64,000 nucleotides of DNA from Oopsacas minuta. Taxonomy: Eukaryota > Animalia > Porifera. The stretch covers positions 38,682 through 102,681 of the forward strand of contig JAKMXF010000305.1 of the NCBI GenBank assembly GCA_024704765.1. The letters are read 5' to 3'. The position numbers and the translations under genes were made by a program. The notes beneath the pieces are model-generated. The model ran no database searches. It saw only the letters and a list, made by a program, of their open reading frames with translations, and was not told the origin of the DNA. Positions 1 to 12,059 of this stretch are shown in pieces; position 1 is the stretch's first letter; every line of letters begins with the position of its first letter.

Positions 1-680
1 CAACAAGAAGTCGTCCAACTACAGAGAAGGAGTGGAAACCTTGCTTAACGCATACGAGAAGATGGGCTGTCGCATGTCGCTAAAACTTCATTTCTTGCAC
101 TCTCACCTTGATTTTTTCCCTGAGAACCTTGGTGCTGTAAGTGATGAACAGGGTGAGAGATTCCACCAAGACATACAGGAGATGGAAACCCGATACCAAG
201 GTTTCTGGAATGTGGGCATGATGTCCGATTACTGTTAGAGGCTTTTCAGAGATAATCCCAAGAAGATATATAAAAGGAAGTCGTACTCTCAACACTTTTA
301 ATTTAGTTAGCTACCTTTATACTTCTAGATGGATATGTATTTCCCCTTAGTTTGTGAGTAGTTTATACATGCATGAATGTGAATAATTATTTGTAAGAGC
401 TAGGATAATAACTGATATTATCTTGACATTAATCTCAAACATCGAAACGTTGATTTATTTCAGATGGCTACCATGTAAGAAGACCAAAAGACAGCCACTA
501 CCATAAAATAACAGGAAAAATTTAGGAAATACATAAAAATCGTTGACTTGTAGATGGAAAAAAAACTGGACGTGCTGGAAAGAATCTGAAAGCAGATTTG
601 AATTCAGCGTAAAAAACTAGCTTAGAAAATGTCAATCTAATACTTGATGAGAAAATGAAGTTAAATTTTGTTGACCTGTG
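1..680 (+). mobile_element. 3' part of a Chapaev3-like (CMC superfamily) DNA transposon, truncated by the window edge
   Basis: ORF 32-238 reads MSLKLHFLHSHLDFFPENLGAVSDEQGERFHQDI..METRYQG..MMSDYC, the C-terminal signature I recognise from Chapaev3-type transposases. A TAG stands where Trp is usual (DYCW). The right end ...TTTTGTTGACCTGTG (680) reads CACAGGTCAACAAAA on the - strand and is followed by TAA. Confidence 0.72.
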
Positions 681-2839
681 TAATTTGCTTTCTATATGAA
701 AAGTTGTCCATGGATTCCTGGACGCGGATAAAATTTGCTTAAGTTCCCAACTCTACGTAAGTATGATTCAATCATTCTTCATTCATGTTTGTGATTATGT
801 AAACACAATTGACCTGCCCCAAATTTTGTCACCTGGCTACTTGGTCAATCCCTGGACGTTTTGGCATGTATGACATATGTAATATTTACAACCTTAGTGA
901 CAGTTTCTTGATTTAGTAGAAAATTTGTATAGTCTGGTTATCTCAGCGCCGAAGTCACCCGAATTTCAGTTTCCGATTGAATCCAGTCAAACTTAGCAAA
1001 CTACACTTCTGGAAAGGTTCTAGGGGTTAAGGCCCTATATTTGGAAATCATTGCATCTAAACTTCCCTCCTGATAAAAACTTTTCCCCTCCTCTATCCCT
1101 CCTGTTAGATATGTGTGTCACTGCTACTGAAGGGTGCTGAACAACTTGTATTTGAGTAATTTGGGTGTGGTCTTTATCTTGGGTAACACACTTTTTGATA
1201 AACAATTGCGTGCTGTGAAAAGATCTATTTATATGAGCCTACTATACTTAAACCTTAACTTTCTCAGGATCTTGGATAGTTTTCTACGTGTCCTGCTGAG
1301 TATTTGGATCCAGATAGTATATTTCTGAAACACCTCATTTTACCCCTATACTGGTGGTTCCAATATTTACAATAACAAATGTCCAATCCTAACATGCTAA
1401 CACAATTTATTTGAAATGATATAAAAAGGGAAGCCAAGCTCGATCTTGTCTTTGACTGATCATGGCTTGGAGAATGTGTGAAGTTTGACGTCAGCAGAGT
1501 GTAAAATCTCAAAAAATGTCCAGGAATGTGGTAAAACTAAGTGGTAAATTTTAGTGTACGAGTTCCATGCGATATTTCACTCTGGGCAAACAATGGGAAA
1601 TAGTGTAATTTTTATGGGAATATATGCTTCGAATTTATTCATACTTTCTTAATAAATGACCTAATCAATAATGTATGAATTATTAACAAAGAAATAGTCT
1701 AATTCCTAGGAAGTCGATCAGGAATTTCCATATTTAATTTTTATGTCAAATCTTGAATATGTGAAATCATCAATTGTAAGAATCTATTATACTTTCTTAT
1801 TGAATAATACTATTGACGTTTAAATGAGTTGGATTTATCACAGCAGATTTTTTGTGTAGTAAAATATCCAATAGCAGTAACAATTCTACTTACTAGTTGT
1901 TAATTGAACCATCCCTTTTTATTGACTCGCTTTATGCAAATATTTTATAATATTTATAATCCGTACTTTGCCACTCTATTACATGGAAATTTCATTATAT
2001 ATTTCCCTAAACCAGCTAATTTCGACTTTTTTCTATAATATTTCTATAAAATTGACAAAAAGTTATTTTCTTTGTTTTGAAATATGTTTTTCATATTTTT
2101 CACTGAAAGCGGGCTAATTATGCAGTTAAATTTCAAAATGTATTTTTTCCACTTTTTGAGACTCGAATAGTTTTTTTTCAAATAACTGAGAGCTAAGCTC
2201 TCTGGGTTTGAAAGAGGATTGCTTGCCCGGAGCTAATCTCAAAACCATCGCAACTGCAACATTTAATCTACTTTAATAACAACTTGATATTCAAAAGTTA
2301 AAACATGCCCACTCATTGGTGAAATGCTCAACTACAAATAAACTCCTTCTTGTATGTTATTATACTCATATAGTATTTATTACAATTTATGTTTTGTCGG
2401 AATGAGCATTCCTGGTCTAATATCCATGCTCAGTTGTGAGCATGTATGGTAGGTTATAATAGTATTCATTATATCTTATCTATATAGAATGAATTTGAAT
2501 TGTTTAAACATCTGCTCATTTGTTTCCCAACTTTATTCACGAGGTATTCAGGTTTCGACCCTTAGAATACATTGTAATTTCATCAAAATGCCTAAGATAT
2601 TTTATTTATGCGAACTCCTTTTGTCACGAGTCTATCTAAGCCTACAAACATATCAAGTATTAGAATCTCTTTCCAGCATTTGTATGTATTTCGAGAAGTG
2701 CTTGAGAGCGATTAATCGATAATTATATGATGCTAACTTTGGCATATTTTCACCATGATTCTTGGCTTCTCATGTCTGTAGTAAGTAAGACTATGTGATT
2801 CAAGCCTGTAACTTTGGATTTTAGGTATAGACTATGCTC

Positions 2840-5800
2840 CACAGTGTGGTAAAATGGCCATATGGGGAAATAGGTAAATGAATCTGTAATATCACCACAA
2901 TTATACTTACATATACTAAATCGACACTGTAGATTTCAAAAATACCAATCATTTTTTAGTACACGACTCTAAACGTTATGACGTAATTGCTTACATTTTC
3001 TAATTTTTAACACTTGTGGTTCATTAGTGAGGATATGAAAGTTGATAATACATGGATGTCATGGTCTCTATTCTGCTATTTGATAACGTACAATTTAAAG
3101 ACCCTTAATTATGTATGACTATTGGATATACTTATTATCATAAATCATCTGATAGTATACTATTATATAATATCTCTTGGAGGCTATTTGCAACGTCTCT
3201 TTTCTTCTTTGCGTGCATCAAACGATTCTGTACTAAGATGGGGTCACTACAACATAACAACCTGACTAAGATATCTCTAACATTATCTGTGAAAGAAGTT
3301 TTTCTTGCAAGATTCTCCCGATACCGCCTTACAAATTTATTGCAGGATTCTAAACATTCCTCAGAGAGATTCTGTAATCCCTTACCATTATTGTAAGCAC
3401 CTATTAACTGAAACGAATGGGCAAGTAACTTCTGCAAAGATGGAGTGATGTTTGCCCATGGGTACTCAACTAGAATAAATTCGTACATTTCTTTACACAA
3501 TTCTTGCATTTTGTCACAGTTAATCAAGTTACCACTGTTGAGGAGTCTTAACAAAACAGATAGATTTGTCTGGATCTTCTCTAATGATATTTTATCGGAA
3601 GGATTAATGGAAGAAGTGGCCCACGTCAAAAAGTCTCTCTTATTTAAGAAGCAGTCTCGCGCAATGTTACCAGTGGTTGAAGTGCCGCCCTGGCTTGAAG
3701 GGATATCAATACTGAAATTACATCTTTCCTGGAGTATAGCTCGAACCCTTTTCATGGAAGAATTTACTTTCGAGTTTGATGGCGCCCATACCTTGTGTCC
3801 TGCATCAAGATGGTATATCAACAGCATGAACCACCTGAATACACAAAGGAGACGCAGCTATAATATCGATGTTAGAAGTTGGTTGATGCGTAATACCAAC
3901 ACGTTGATTTGATGGGAGTTTCAAGTAATCTTCTTCATCAACCTCTTCAAAAAGTTGCCGAGCGTCGCTAATTAATCTGTTAATAGGGAAACCAGAATGG
4001 GCCCATTCTAAACTTTTAATTTGGCTATCCGTTGCAGTACACAGATGACAAGAAGCCCCACCAGCTCCATCCAGCAATCCTGCCATCTTGGTATCAAAAA
4101 GGGAACGGACTATCTCGACCTGTGCATGGCCTCCAATAAGAGATAACCCATCCTGTATGATATGGTCTGTTTGAGGATTGACTATTCTATTCATGATAAG
4201 CTTTACACTAGAATAATCTTCTTTCAAAGCTATCATTGCTACAGGCCTAAAGCAGAAAGGAGAGTTGCGTGAGCTGTTATAGAACACGTCATTTCCAAGT
4301 GTGTCTGTAATTGATATTACTTTAGATCCGAACAAAATGAAAGTTTTTGTGCTTAATACAGAATTGTTGCTTTGTTGGTTATAGGTTTGATGACAACCGG
4401 AGCCATCCAATCCATCAGATATCTTAATTTTAGTGGGTAGTGTGAATCAGGAACTGGGTCTAATGTTGAAAGCAAGCGTTGAATGGTCAGACTAAGGATG
4501 GAATGATAAGAGACGCAAGTCCCAATTGACAATACTTCGGGGTCTCTAACTATTTCCATTTCATTTATTAGGCTTATTTCCCTACGATATTGCGAGACAA
4601 GCTTATAGGAAGGAAGCTTAACATCACCTTTGAGAATTCTTTCAGATTCGTGTATTTACTCGCCCCAATTTCTAAGCTGTCCAATATGTAGGTATACTTA
4701 GAGATTTCTACTTTGTTCAATACACCGCTAAAAGATCCTTTATCAATTATTTCTCTGCACATGTCTGAAGTATCACGGTCATAGGATTTATTTGAGACTA
4801 ATTCTAAAGCTAGAGCGAGTAGTTGTTTAGGCTAAACTTTTTCTCACTATGCTAAAAAGTCCACATGCTCTAAAAGAACACCAAGTCTCGATCTGGAAGT
4901 CTTCATGTGACATTCGAGAATATGCTTCCGGGATTCAGTTACAATCTGTTCTGAAAAGTTTCGATTTTCAGAATCAGTGACTAAAGAAAATTCAGGATCG
5001 AGCGATATTCTCTTTCTTGGATTGGATATTGTTAGATGAGTAGAGTGGAAAATCATATTATCCCATGTTTCAAGATCCTTCCTGCGGTAACCTCTCTGGA
5101 TGTTAGAAGTGATTTAAATTTTAAATGGAGAGTAGCAGTTTCTTCATCGGATAAATTGTTGTTCTCAATAAGTTTCCTAACAGAGACTGTAACACTTCTT
5201 CCATTCGAAATATACAAATTATATGCCTCATCGTTCGTGATTAGTACAGACATGATCCGCAAAAGGGCTACTTTAACATGGAAACATTATGATATATGAT
5301 TGTAGGGTATTGGAATAACTAATAACCAGCAAAATATAGAATTTTACTGAAAAAATTTTAAACATTTGAAAAATATATTTTTCGGATTTTTGTCCGGTCC
5401 GAACAATGAATGACGTGATAAATTTTTGGGCAGCTTTTGGCAAGCCTGGAAAGTGATTAAATAGTTGACTAAATATAGTAACATTAAATATATTAATAAC
5501 GTTTTGCCAAATTTTGTCAAACAAGAGATGCTACACTTCTATCAATGGGAAAAAATTGAAATTGTAACTTTGGGAGGGCCAAACTAGACACCTGGAAAAA
5601 GTATGAATGATTATCTAGACTAACCTGTTAATGATTAAATTGCTGTTACAATATAGATTTATTATCAGAAGATGTTTTTCACTCTTATATTTAGTATTTG
5701 CATCAAATATGATTACATACATTAGGGCATAGGAATTTGCGGTTTGAAAATATATTTTCTATTATTAGAAACACATAACAAAGTTCTGCGTAGTTAGGAT

Positions 5801-5920
5801 TCCTAATTGCTTCTAATGCTGGCAATGATATTTTCGTGCTAATTGAACTATGGAGAATTCAAAAATGCATTGAAATATGTTTTTTAAAATATGCTTATTT
5901 CCCCATATTGCCACACTGTG
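2840..5920 (-). mobile_element. Complete Transib/RAG1-like DNA transposon, 3,081 bp, non-autonomous (decayed ORF)
   Basis: Left end CACAGTGTGG at 2840; right end CCACACTGTG ending at 5920. Identical 5-bp flanks TGCTC (2835-2839 and 5921-5925). Shared internal TIR block ATATGGGGAAATA (2860-2872; rc at 5896-5908). RAG1/Transib-type transposase fragments inside. Confidence 0.92.
3138..5253 (-). pseudogene. RAG1-like/Transib DDE transposase, about 700 codons, broken by about 4 frameshifts and 3 in-frame stops
   Basis: Fragments in order: MSVLITNDEAY (ATG 5253); RKHILECHMKTSRSRLGVLLEHVDFLA; IGASKYTNLK; KISDGLDGSG (D at about 4405); RPVAMIALKED; SLFDTKM (D at about 4093); GASCHLCTAT; RVGITHQP; ITPSLQKLLAH; LSEECLESCNKFVRRYRENLARK (E at about 3348). 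These parallel RAG1 CDGMG, GYDEK, YICTLCDAT, RVKGVSAKP, ITNYFHKTLAH and [21 protein letters not shown]. Confidence 0.88.
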
Positions 5921-6462
5921 TGCTCAAGACTATGCAAGTACTTTAATATTGCTTTGAGATACAAAGCATTTTGCACTATTCCACTTTCCAAGCCACCGTG
6001 ACATGTTGACCCAGGCAACTTTCATAATTTTTTTTGTTTTTGGTGCATTGACAAAATCCGAGGTCGTGTGAGGTTTCTTCTTAAGTTTTCCCAATTTTTA
6101 TCTGGGTTATACGAATATTACTTCATTCCTGTAAAACTTTGATCATTATCAGCCTATATTGTATATACTATGTAGTTTGCTAATTACATCTATTTCCCTA
6201 AATACCACCATCCCTATTCAAATTCGTATGCATAGTTTAAGTTTGAACTGTTACAACTATTGAAATTCACTTCTTTGCGAAATGTCTCTTTAACATCTAA
6301 TATATTGTCAAAATTTTATTTTCTATTATGCGAACAATAGTATACCTGTTACTCACATAAGAACTCATCGAGTATCTTCTCTCAAGTGAATTTTACTCTT
6401 TTCGAGAACCTGATATCCATACCCTTTCTAAAGCTTTATCATTTTCTAATGTTATTTGCTAG

Positions 6463-6650
6463 ATACCGCCACCTTATTCTCATTCGCCAGTCCCTGTTTT
6501 GGATTCTTTATCACCCCTCAATGATTCACCTCAAATTACAAATAGTTGTAAGGATACTTGCCTCATTTCTTCGGCAAAGGTTGAGCATATGTCTAAAGTA
6601 TCTAGTTTACCTTCTGAATCTCTGCAGTCAAAATCCTTGAGGCAACGAAG
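6463..6650 (+). CDS. LATS: LATS/Warts kinase, probable N-terminal-region exon carrying a PPxY motif
   Basis: TTTGCTAG|ATA CCG CCA CCT TAT gives IPPPYSHSPVPVLDSLSPL...KSLRQR, then AG|GTATGT. 188 nt with a phase-2 end that fits the phase-2 start of exon 18176 (AG+A = Arg). PPxY motifs are typical of LATS. Confidence 0.7.
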
Positions 6651-7329
6651 GTATGTACTTTTGTGTATTCTATTTATGCTTCACTTCATTTTGTTTTCAT
6701 ATATCTAATGAGTTTACAATATTACCTAGTAGAGGTGTTTCCAATGTGCGTGCCACGATCCAAAGTGATATCATCACGAAAACTTTCTAGGCAACAAGAA
6801 ATGGAAATTGAATCTATAAGTCTTTTGATGAATGTGTGAAGATAATTGTGCTTTCACTATTTTATTTTGTTATCCTGTCTCACTCATGGAGATTTTAAAT
6901 TAATTGTTATTAAAACTCATCATAATTATCTCGAAGATGTTCTTGTGCCCAATATGCTCGGCCTTCGTGCCTCGAAATTTGAAGAATTGTAAGATACACC
7001 TTACGTTTGAATTGGATCGTAATTTCATCAGTACCTAAAATGCCTGAAAACACTGTCCCTACCAAAAAGATTGAGAACCCCTGATTTAGGTACAGATGAA
7101 GATTATATTTTCGTTTGTGTCATTTCAATGTTCTATATATATTCACAGTCAATCCCACCTGGATTGATTGAGTATATTCTAACCACACTTGCCATGCCCA
7201 GTCAAATGTTTTCAACACAGACATAATTTCCATAGAAATATTGAAAAAGTGGTTCATCCTTTTTGTTGAAGCTAAAACCTGACTGAACTTGTATCTGTCG
7301 TCAAATTTCCAATCAATGTATTCTGTCTG

Positions 7330-8080
7330 ATAATAATAAAAGTAATAATAATAATATAATTACATTTGTTATTCGTCATTTCCATGATAGCATCTTCCAA
7401 AGTGCCTTACAAAATTGATATGTAGTGTAAGTTTGTATATGTGGACATCTAGTCTAAATTCGTGTGTTCTTTTGCCGGTGTGTACTTCGAATGCTATCGT
7501 GACAAGTTGAGTCTTCAGAGGCTTTTAATATTCCCAGAGACGGCTTCTGATTTGAGAGTGAGGCGATTCCAATCTGCATGAGCGGACCTGAGAAAGACGA
7601 CTGCCAAGTGTTTTAGAAGATTTATATTTGATGTATACTAGATTTTAGGAGAAATTCATTTATGCATCACAGAGTGTTGAGATCTTTTGAAATGAACGAG
7701 TTCATTTATGTATTCAGTAGCAAGCAGATTTATGAGTTTTATAAGTAATCATGAAGATATTTAAGCTGATTGTGCACAACTTTACAATTATTCGACCAGA
7801 TTCAAGATCCTATGTCTCTTTTACACGATCTTGGTTCCTTACGGCACAAAGAAGATCAAAAACAAAATATTTCAGATCTTCAGTACTAGTCAGCGGCAAA
7901 TTATGGTGGATTCCTCCAACAGCATGGTTGGACTAACTTTGGTTGGATTATTCCAATAATTTTCTTTACGACCATCTGCCTACTACTATTCTTGCTCATT
8001 TACAACATGATCAAGACAGATTCCCTGCGAAACGCTATAATCGAGAGGAAGATCAGAAGAAGCATTGCATGGTTGGAAAC
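7330..8080 (-). mobile_element. Degenerate, internally deleted L2-clade LINE 3' remnant
   Basis: The - strand gives DLPLDYSVSQGICL (GVPQGS-like RT motif, about 8010-8050) and a frameshifted GSRSFS.SA.ADWNRL..KIRS.SL.IFKSLLKT (L2 ORF2 C-terminus, 7510-7610). It ends in an L2-type tail TGTAAGGCACTTTGG...AAATGTAATTATATTATTATT (about 7335-7420). Confidence 0.5.
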
Positions 8081-9728
8081 CAACTGTTTTTTTGTTGGAA
8101 TGTATGATTAGTACCAAGATATAGAAGATTCACATGGTGGGGCCCTATTACATTTTGAATTACTATCAATTTGCATTATAATATATTTCTATATTGATCT
8201 ATTAAAAATTTCAAAAATATCTCAGTAATTTTCCCTATCCTTCTTCGTTAAATATTAATTATCTATGTTTGTTTTATGAGATGTTTGGAATAAAGTAGTT
8301 TTTCGAGAGTTTTAAGTTTCACCAATTTGCGTACTAAGTGCTCACCCTGTGACAACCTATCAGAACTCAAAATCAGTAAAGGAAGTGATCCTGGAGAGAG
8401 GAGGCAGAGATTATTTTGCCTAATTTAGGTGTGGAATATAATAAAAGGATATGGGGAAGAGCAAAACCGACGGGATGCATTTCTTCCTCTGCCTCAATGA
8501 TGGCTACCACCATCTATGCAAAGGTATGCATGTCCATCTTCTCATATTATTAAAATTCTAAAACTTAAGAATTCATAAAGCGAAGTAATAAAAGCAAAAC
8601 ACCCCTTATCGAAAGACAAAGGAAATGTAAAGATTCCAATGAAGATTAGTGCCTTCCAGCAGTTTTGTTTAAAGTGGCAGCCAGTAGTGGCCTCCAGGGG
8701 CTTGCTGGCTATATACTCAGTGATGCATTTTGGTTGACCACTTTTTGGGGTCATGTGGAGCCATTTTGGCCCCAGAAAACGATTAACCGATTAATGTACA
8801 CATGCTTTATATTGATCCTGGTTAGTCTGAATAAATGAGATTTCGGTGCACATATGTGTGCAGATTGAATCTCTAATATGTTTAACCAATTTTCTGTAAA
8901 TGTCCTTACAGATATTTTGTTCATATTGTAACAGATAACGAAGAATATGTTGCAGCCAATAATCTTCTTCACTTGTATCTATTATTTGACCGAATTTCCG
9001 TATTGCTTCAGAAAACAACTTTTTGTAAATGATGTGTGATGGCTCTGCATTAGGTTTGAAATTTTTTCCTAATGTTACAACTATAATGTATTATTTGACT
9101 CGCTTCTCAATATTTTTTTGAATTGATTTTTATTTAATACTATTGGGGGTTGGTGGATTATGATATTCAAATTTCCTTTGAAAATATTCTTTCCATTTTG
9201 AAATCATTTTATTTTTAAAATTAACTGATTTCCTAGTAGTTGTCCAGCAGATTGATCTGGTGGTCCCAGACTTAAAAGCAACACGACGCCACACCGCCTG
9301 TACTTTACTGTATATATGACGATGACTGTGTGAGATGTGAATTCAACATGCAGCTATAAAGAACATGTCATAGTAAAGTATAGCATCCTGAACTGTATAT
9401 TTAGGTTAGTAAGTTCTAGAAAAGAGTCACTGGGCGTGATAAACAATCTGTAAGGTCCTGAAGCGATACGCACAGCATGATATACCGTTTGGTTTACAAT
9501 CTTCCCAGAATGTTGGGATTTTTCTGGTCCCTTGGAGTAATTATGTGCCAGTGGGACCTTAGAAACTTTTTGGGGTCCAGTCCAGTCACACAAAGCACAA
9601 CAGCACTGAGTACATTTAGGGAAGAAAAACAATTTCTGGCCTTTTGGGAACACTGGACATAAGCTATGATTTTCATGTAGTATAGGATCCACTTACGCCC
9701 CCGCTCCCTTATTTAATTTCGAATATTT

Positions 9729-10442
9729 ATGTCATAGGAGATGTTGTCGAATAACCAACATCTCCTGCAGGAGATGTTGGCGATCTGATGGTACATGGCT
9801 TCAATACAGTTTTTTAGTGAATTGTGTGACTTCAACAAATTATAGCTGACATGCTTCAATCGTCGTACGATCGTACGATAGCACGATTCCACAAATAAAT
9901 AGTAAACCTAAAATGTTTTTATTTATTCATACTTAAATTGACTGAAAATTACCATCGATAGTAAGATTACCACACTCTTATGTAAAATATGCAAGCGTCA
10001 AAATGAAGTTATGCAATTAATAAGAGATTTTATCCAATTGTCTCCATTACTAATTTTAAAACTCCAACACTTTAAGCTCCTTGGGTATGCACTTCTTTTC
10101 GGTAATCATTTTACCTTAAAAACTGTTATTGAAAAAATCATTACCATTACGATGGAATGAAAACAAGAAAATAATATCTGAAGAAGATTCAAATCTACCA
10201 CGAAACATGAAAGTCAATTTTGGAGTATACTTGGCTATTCGTTTAATACGTACCATTCCTAAATATGTACATTAGATATATCGTTATATACTTGGCTAAA
10301 TTATCAGTTTGCATACTGATGGTATTAGAAACAATAAAAGTACACTGTATTGAAGCCATATACTATCAAATCGCCAATATCTCCTGCTGGAAATGTTGGC
10401 GATTTAACAACATCTCCCGATTGACAACATCTCCTATAACAT
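9729..10442. mobile_element. MITE with long imperfect TIRs and GGAGATGTTG subterminal repeats
   Basis: ATGTCATAGGAGATGTTGTC (9729-9748) vs rc of 10423-10442. GGCGATCTGATGGTACATGGCTTCAATACAGT (9779-9810) vs rc of 10344-10375. No coding capacity. Confidence 0.6.
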
Positions 10443-12059
10443 TTACACAAATGTTTAGTCACCCTCTTTTTTGGTTATTTTAATGAACTATCTGGATTCT
10501 ATGGAATATCCATACATTTATTTTAGATAATGCTATCGTAAGTTCTCTAGTAATGTATTCGTATTAATACTATGCAGTATAACTCGGATATGACGTACTC
10601 GGCTTTATTTGAGGCTTAATTTTGGTTATACGTACTTTTCTCCCAATCGGATATTTTGTACAAATTTGTATAGGAAAATTTTCGGATAAGATGTGCTTCG
10701 GTAGTGTTTTTATTTTTGTTTCCTCGAGAGGTACTTCTTATCCGTTTTCTATGTGTATCTGGATATTCCAAGTCCTTTTATATTCCATCCCGTTTATTCG
10801 GACACTCCTAGTATTTATCAATTATCATATGCTTAAATCTGGTAGGGAAGCCTCCAACGTTGCAACAAAATCTGACTTTCTTTCAATGGAATTTATGTAT
10901 TTTTTTATTGTTTAATATGTACCAGTATGTGTTTTCATCAACTTGATAACTTGAAGCAAGCATGATCGATTTGAAATTATAACGAAGTGGTTCCTGACTA
11001 TTATCTGTGTAATATTTATATAAATACATATTTATATTCGCCACTTCCTCATACACTCGAAATCAGGTGTTATTAACTGGATTATTTTCCTCTCTTGGTT
11101 ATCATTTTCCTTTCAAACGATGAAGTTCTTTTTTATTTCAGTACATGAACCCTATCGGGTTAGTTTGCTACAATTGTTTCTTTCTGGTTATTTTGTCTCT
11201 GTTTTTTTGCCCCTTTTCATGTCTTATGTCTCTCAAAATTCGGTTTACATGTATTTTCCTGAAAATTATTCATTTTTCTTAGTTACATTCCTTATTATAC
11301 TTGATCTGTTGATTTTGTTAACTATAGTAAATTTAGACATTGTTATTTTTGATCATGGAGAGCAAGAGTTTCATGATCGAAGGATATACTTGTTTTGTTA
11401 TTGAATCGGGTTTGCCTCTTTTCCCATCTATTTAGGGAGAAATATACTAATTTCTTGTATAATTATGTTTATATAATATTTTTGCATTTTCTTTAATTAT
11501 TGTGATCTATATATGTACTTAGAAATGCCATTAATGGTTGTAAATTTGGTATATTATTTCTTATGTATGATGTTGAATTTTTCGAAAGTGCATTTCTTAT
11601 TCTAGGTTTCAACTCATTTATTCTTTAGTTTTCTAGTCCTTTACTAGTCGAGCACATTAATGTTTATTGCATTATATGTTGTACTATGGATATTAGTGAT
11701 ATTGTGCTTTAGTACCCAAAAGATATAAGGGTTTCATATCAATCCATATCAGAAAAAATAGTTTATTTATTCCCAAAAGATTGCTATTGTCTTTCGAAAA
11801 TATATAATTGAACATACATAGACTCCGCTTAATAGTTCCATTAGTTAACCTCGGGCCACCTGTTAAATCGGGTCATTTGTCTATGAACAGAACCATCCCA
11901 ATGGTTGTAAATTTCTCTACATAACTTATGAGGTAAACTGCTACCTTCATATTTGACAAATGTGTGGTTTCAAGTGTATGCATATGCTTAGTTCTCTAAA
12001 ATTCAAATCAATGCTAAGAATATTATACTAGAAGTTGTTAAATTCATATATCATCTGAA

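Noticed and set aside
3445-3912. + strand ORFs overlapping transposases (e.g. 3445-3912, 15173-15499, 26586-27071, 49911-50333)
   Set aside because: Antisense shadows of transposase coding sequence with no recognisable motifs.
5273-5524. 83-aa ORF inside the RAG1-like element as a RAG2-like gene
   Set aside because: Too short, low complexity, and no kelch or PHD pattern.
5877-5886. A-rich TAAAAAACA on the - strand, 27 nt inside the right heptamer, as an RSS nonamer
   Set aside because: Only 6/9 match to ACAAAAACC, no counterpart at the left end, and expected by chance in AT-rich DNA.
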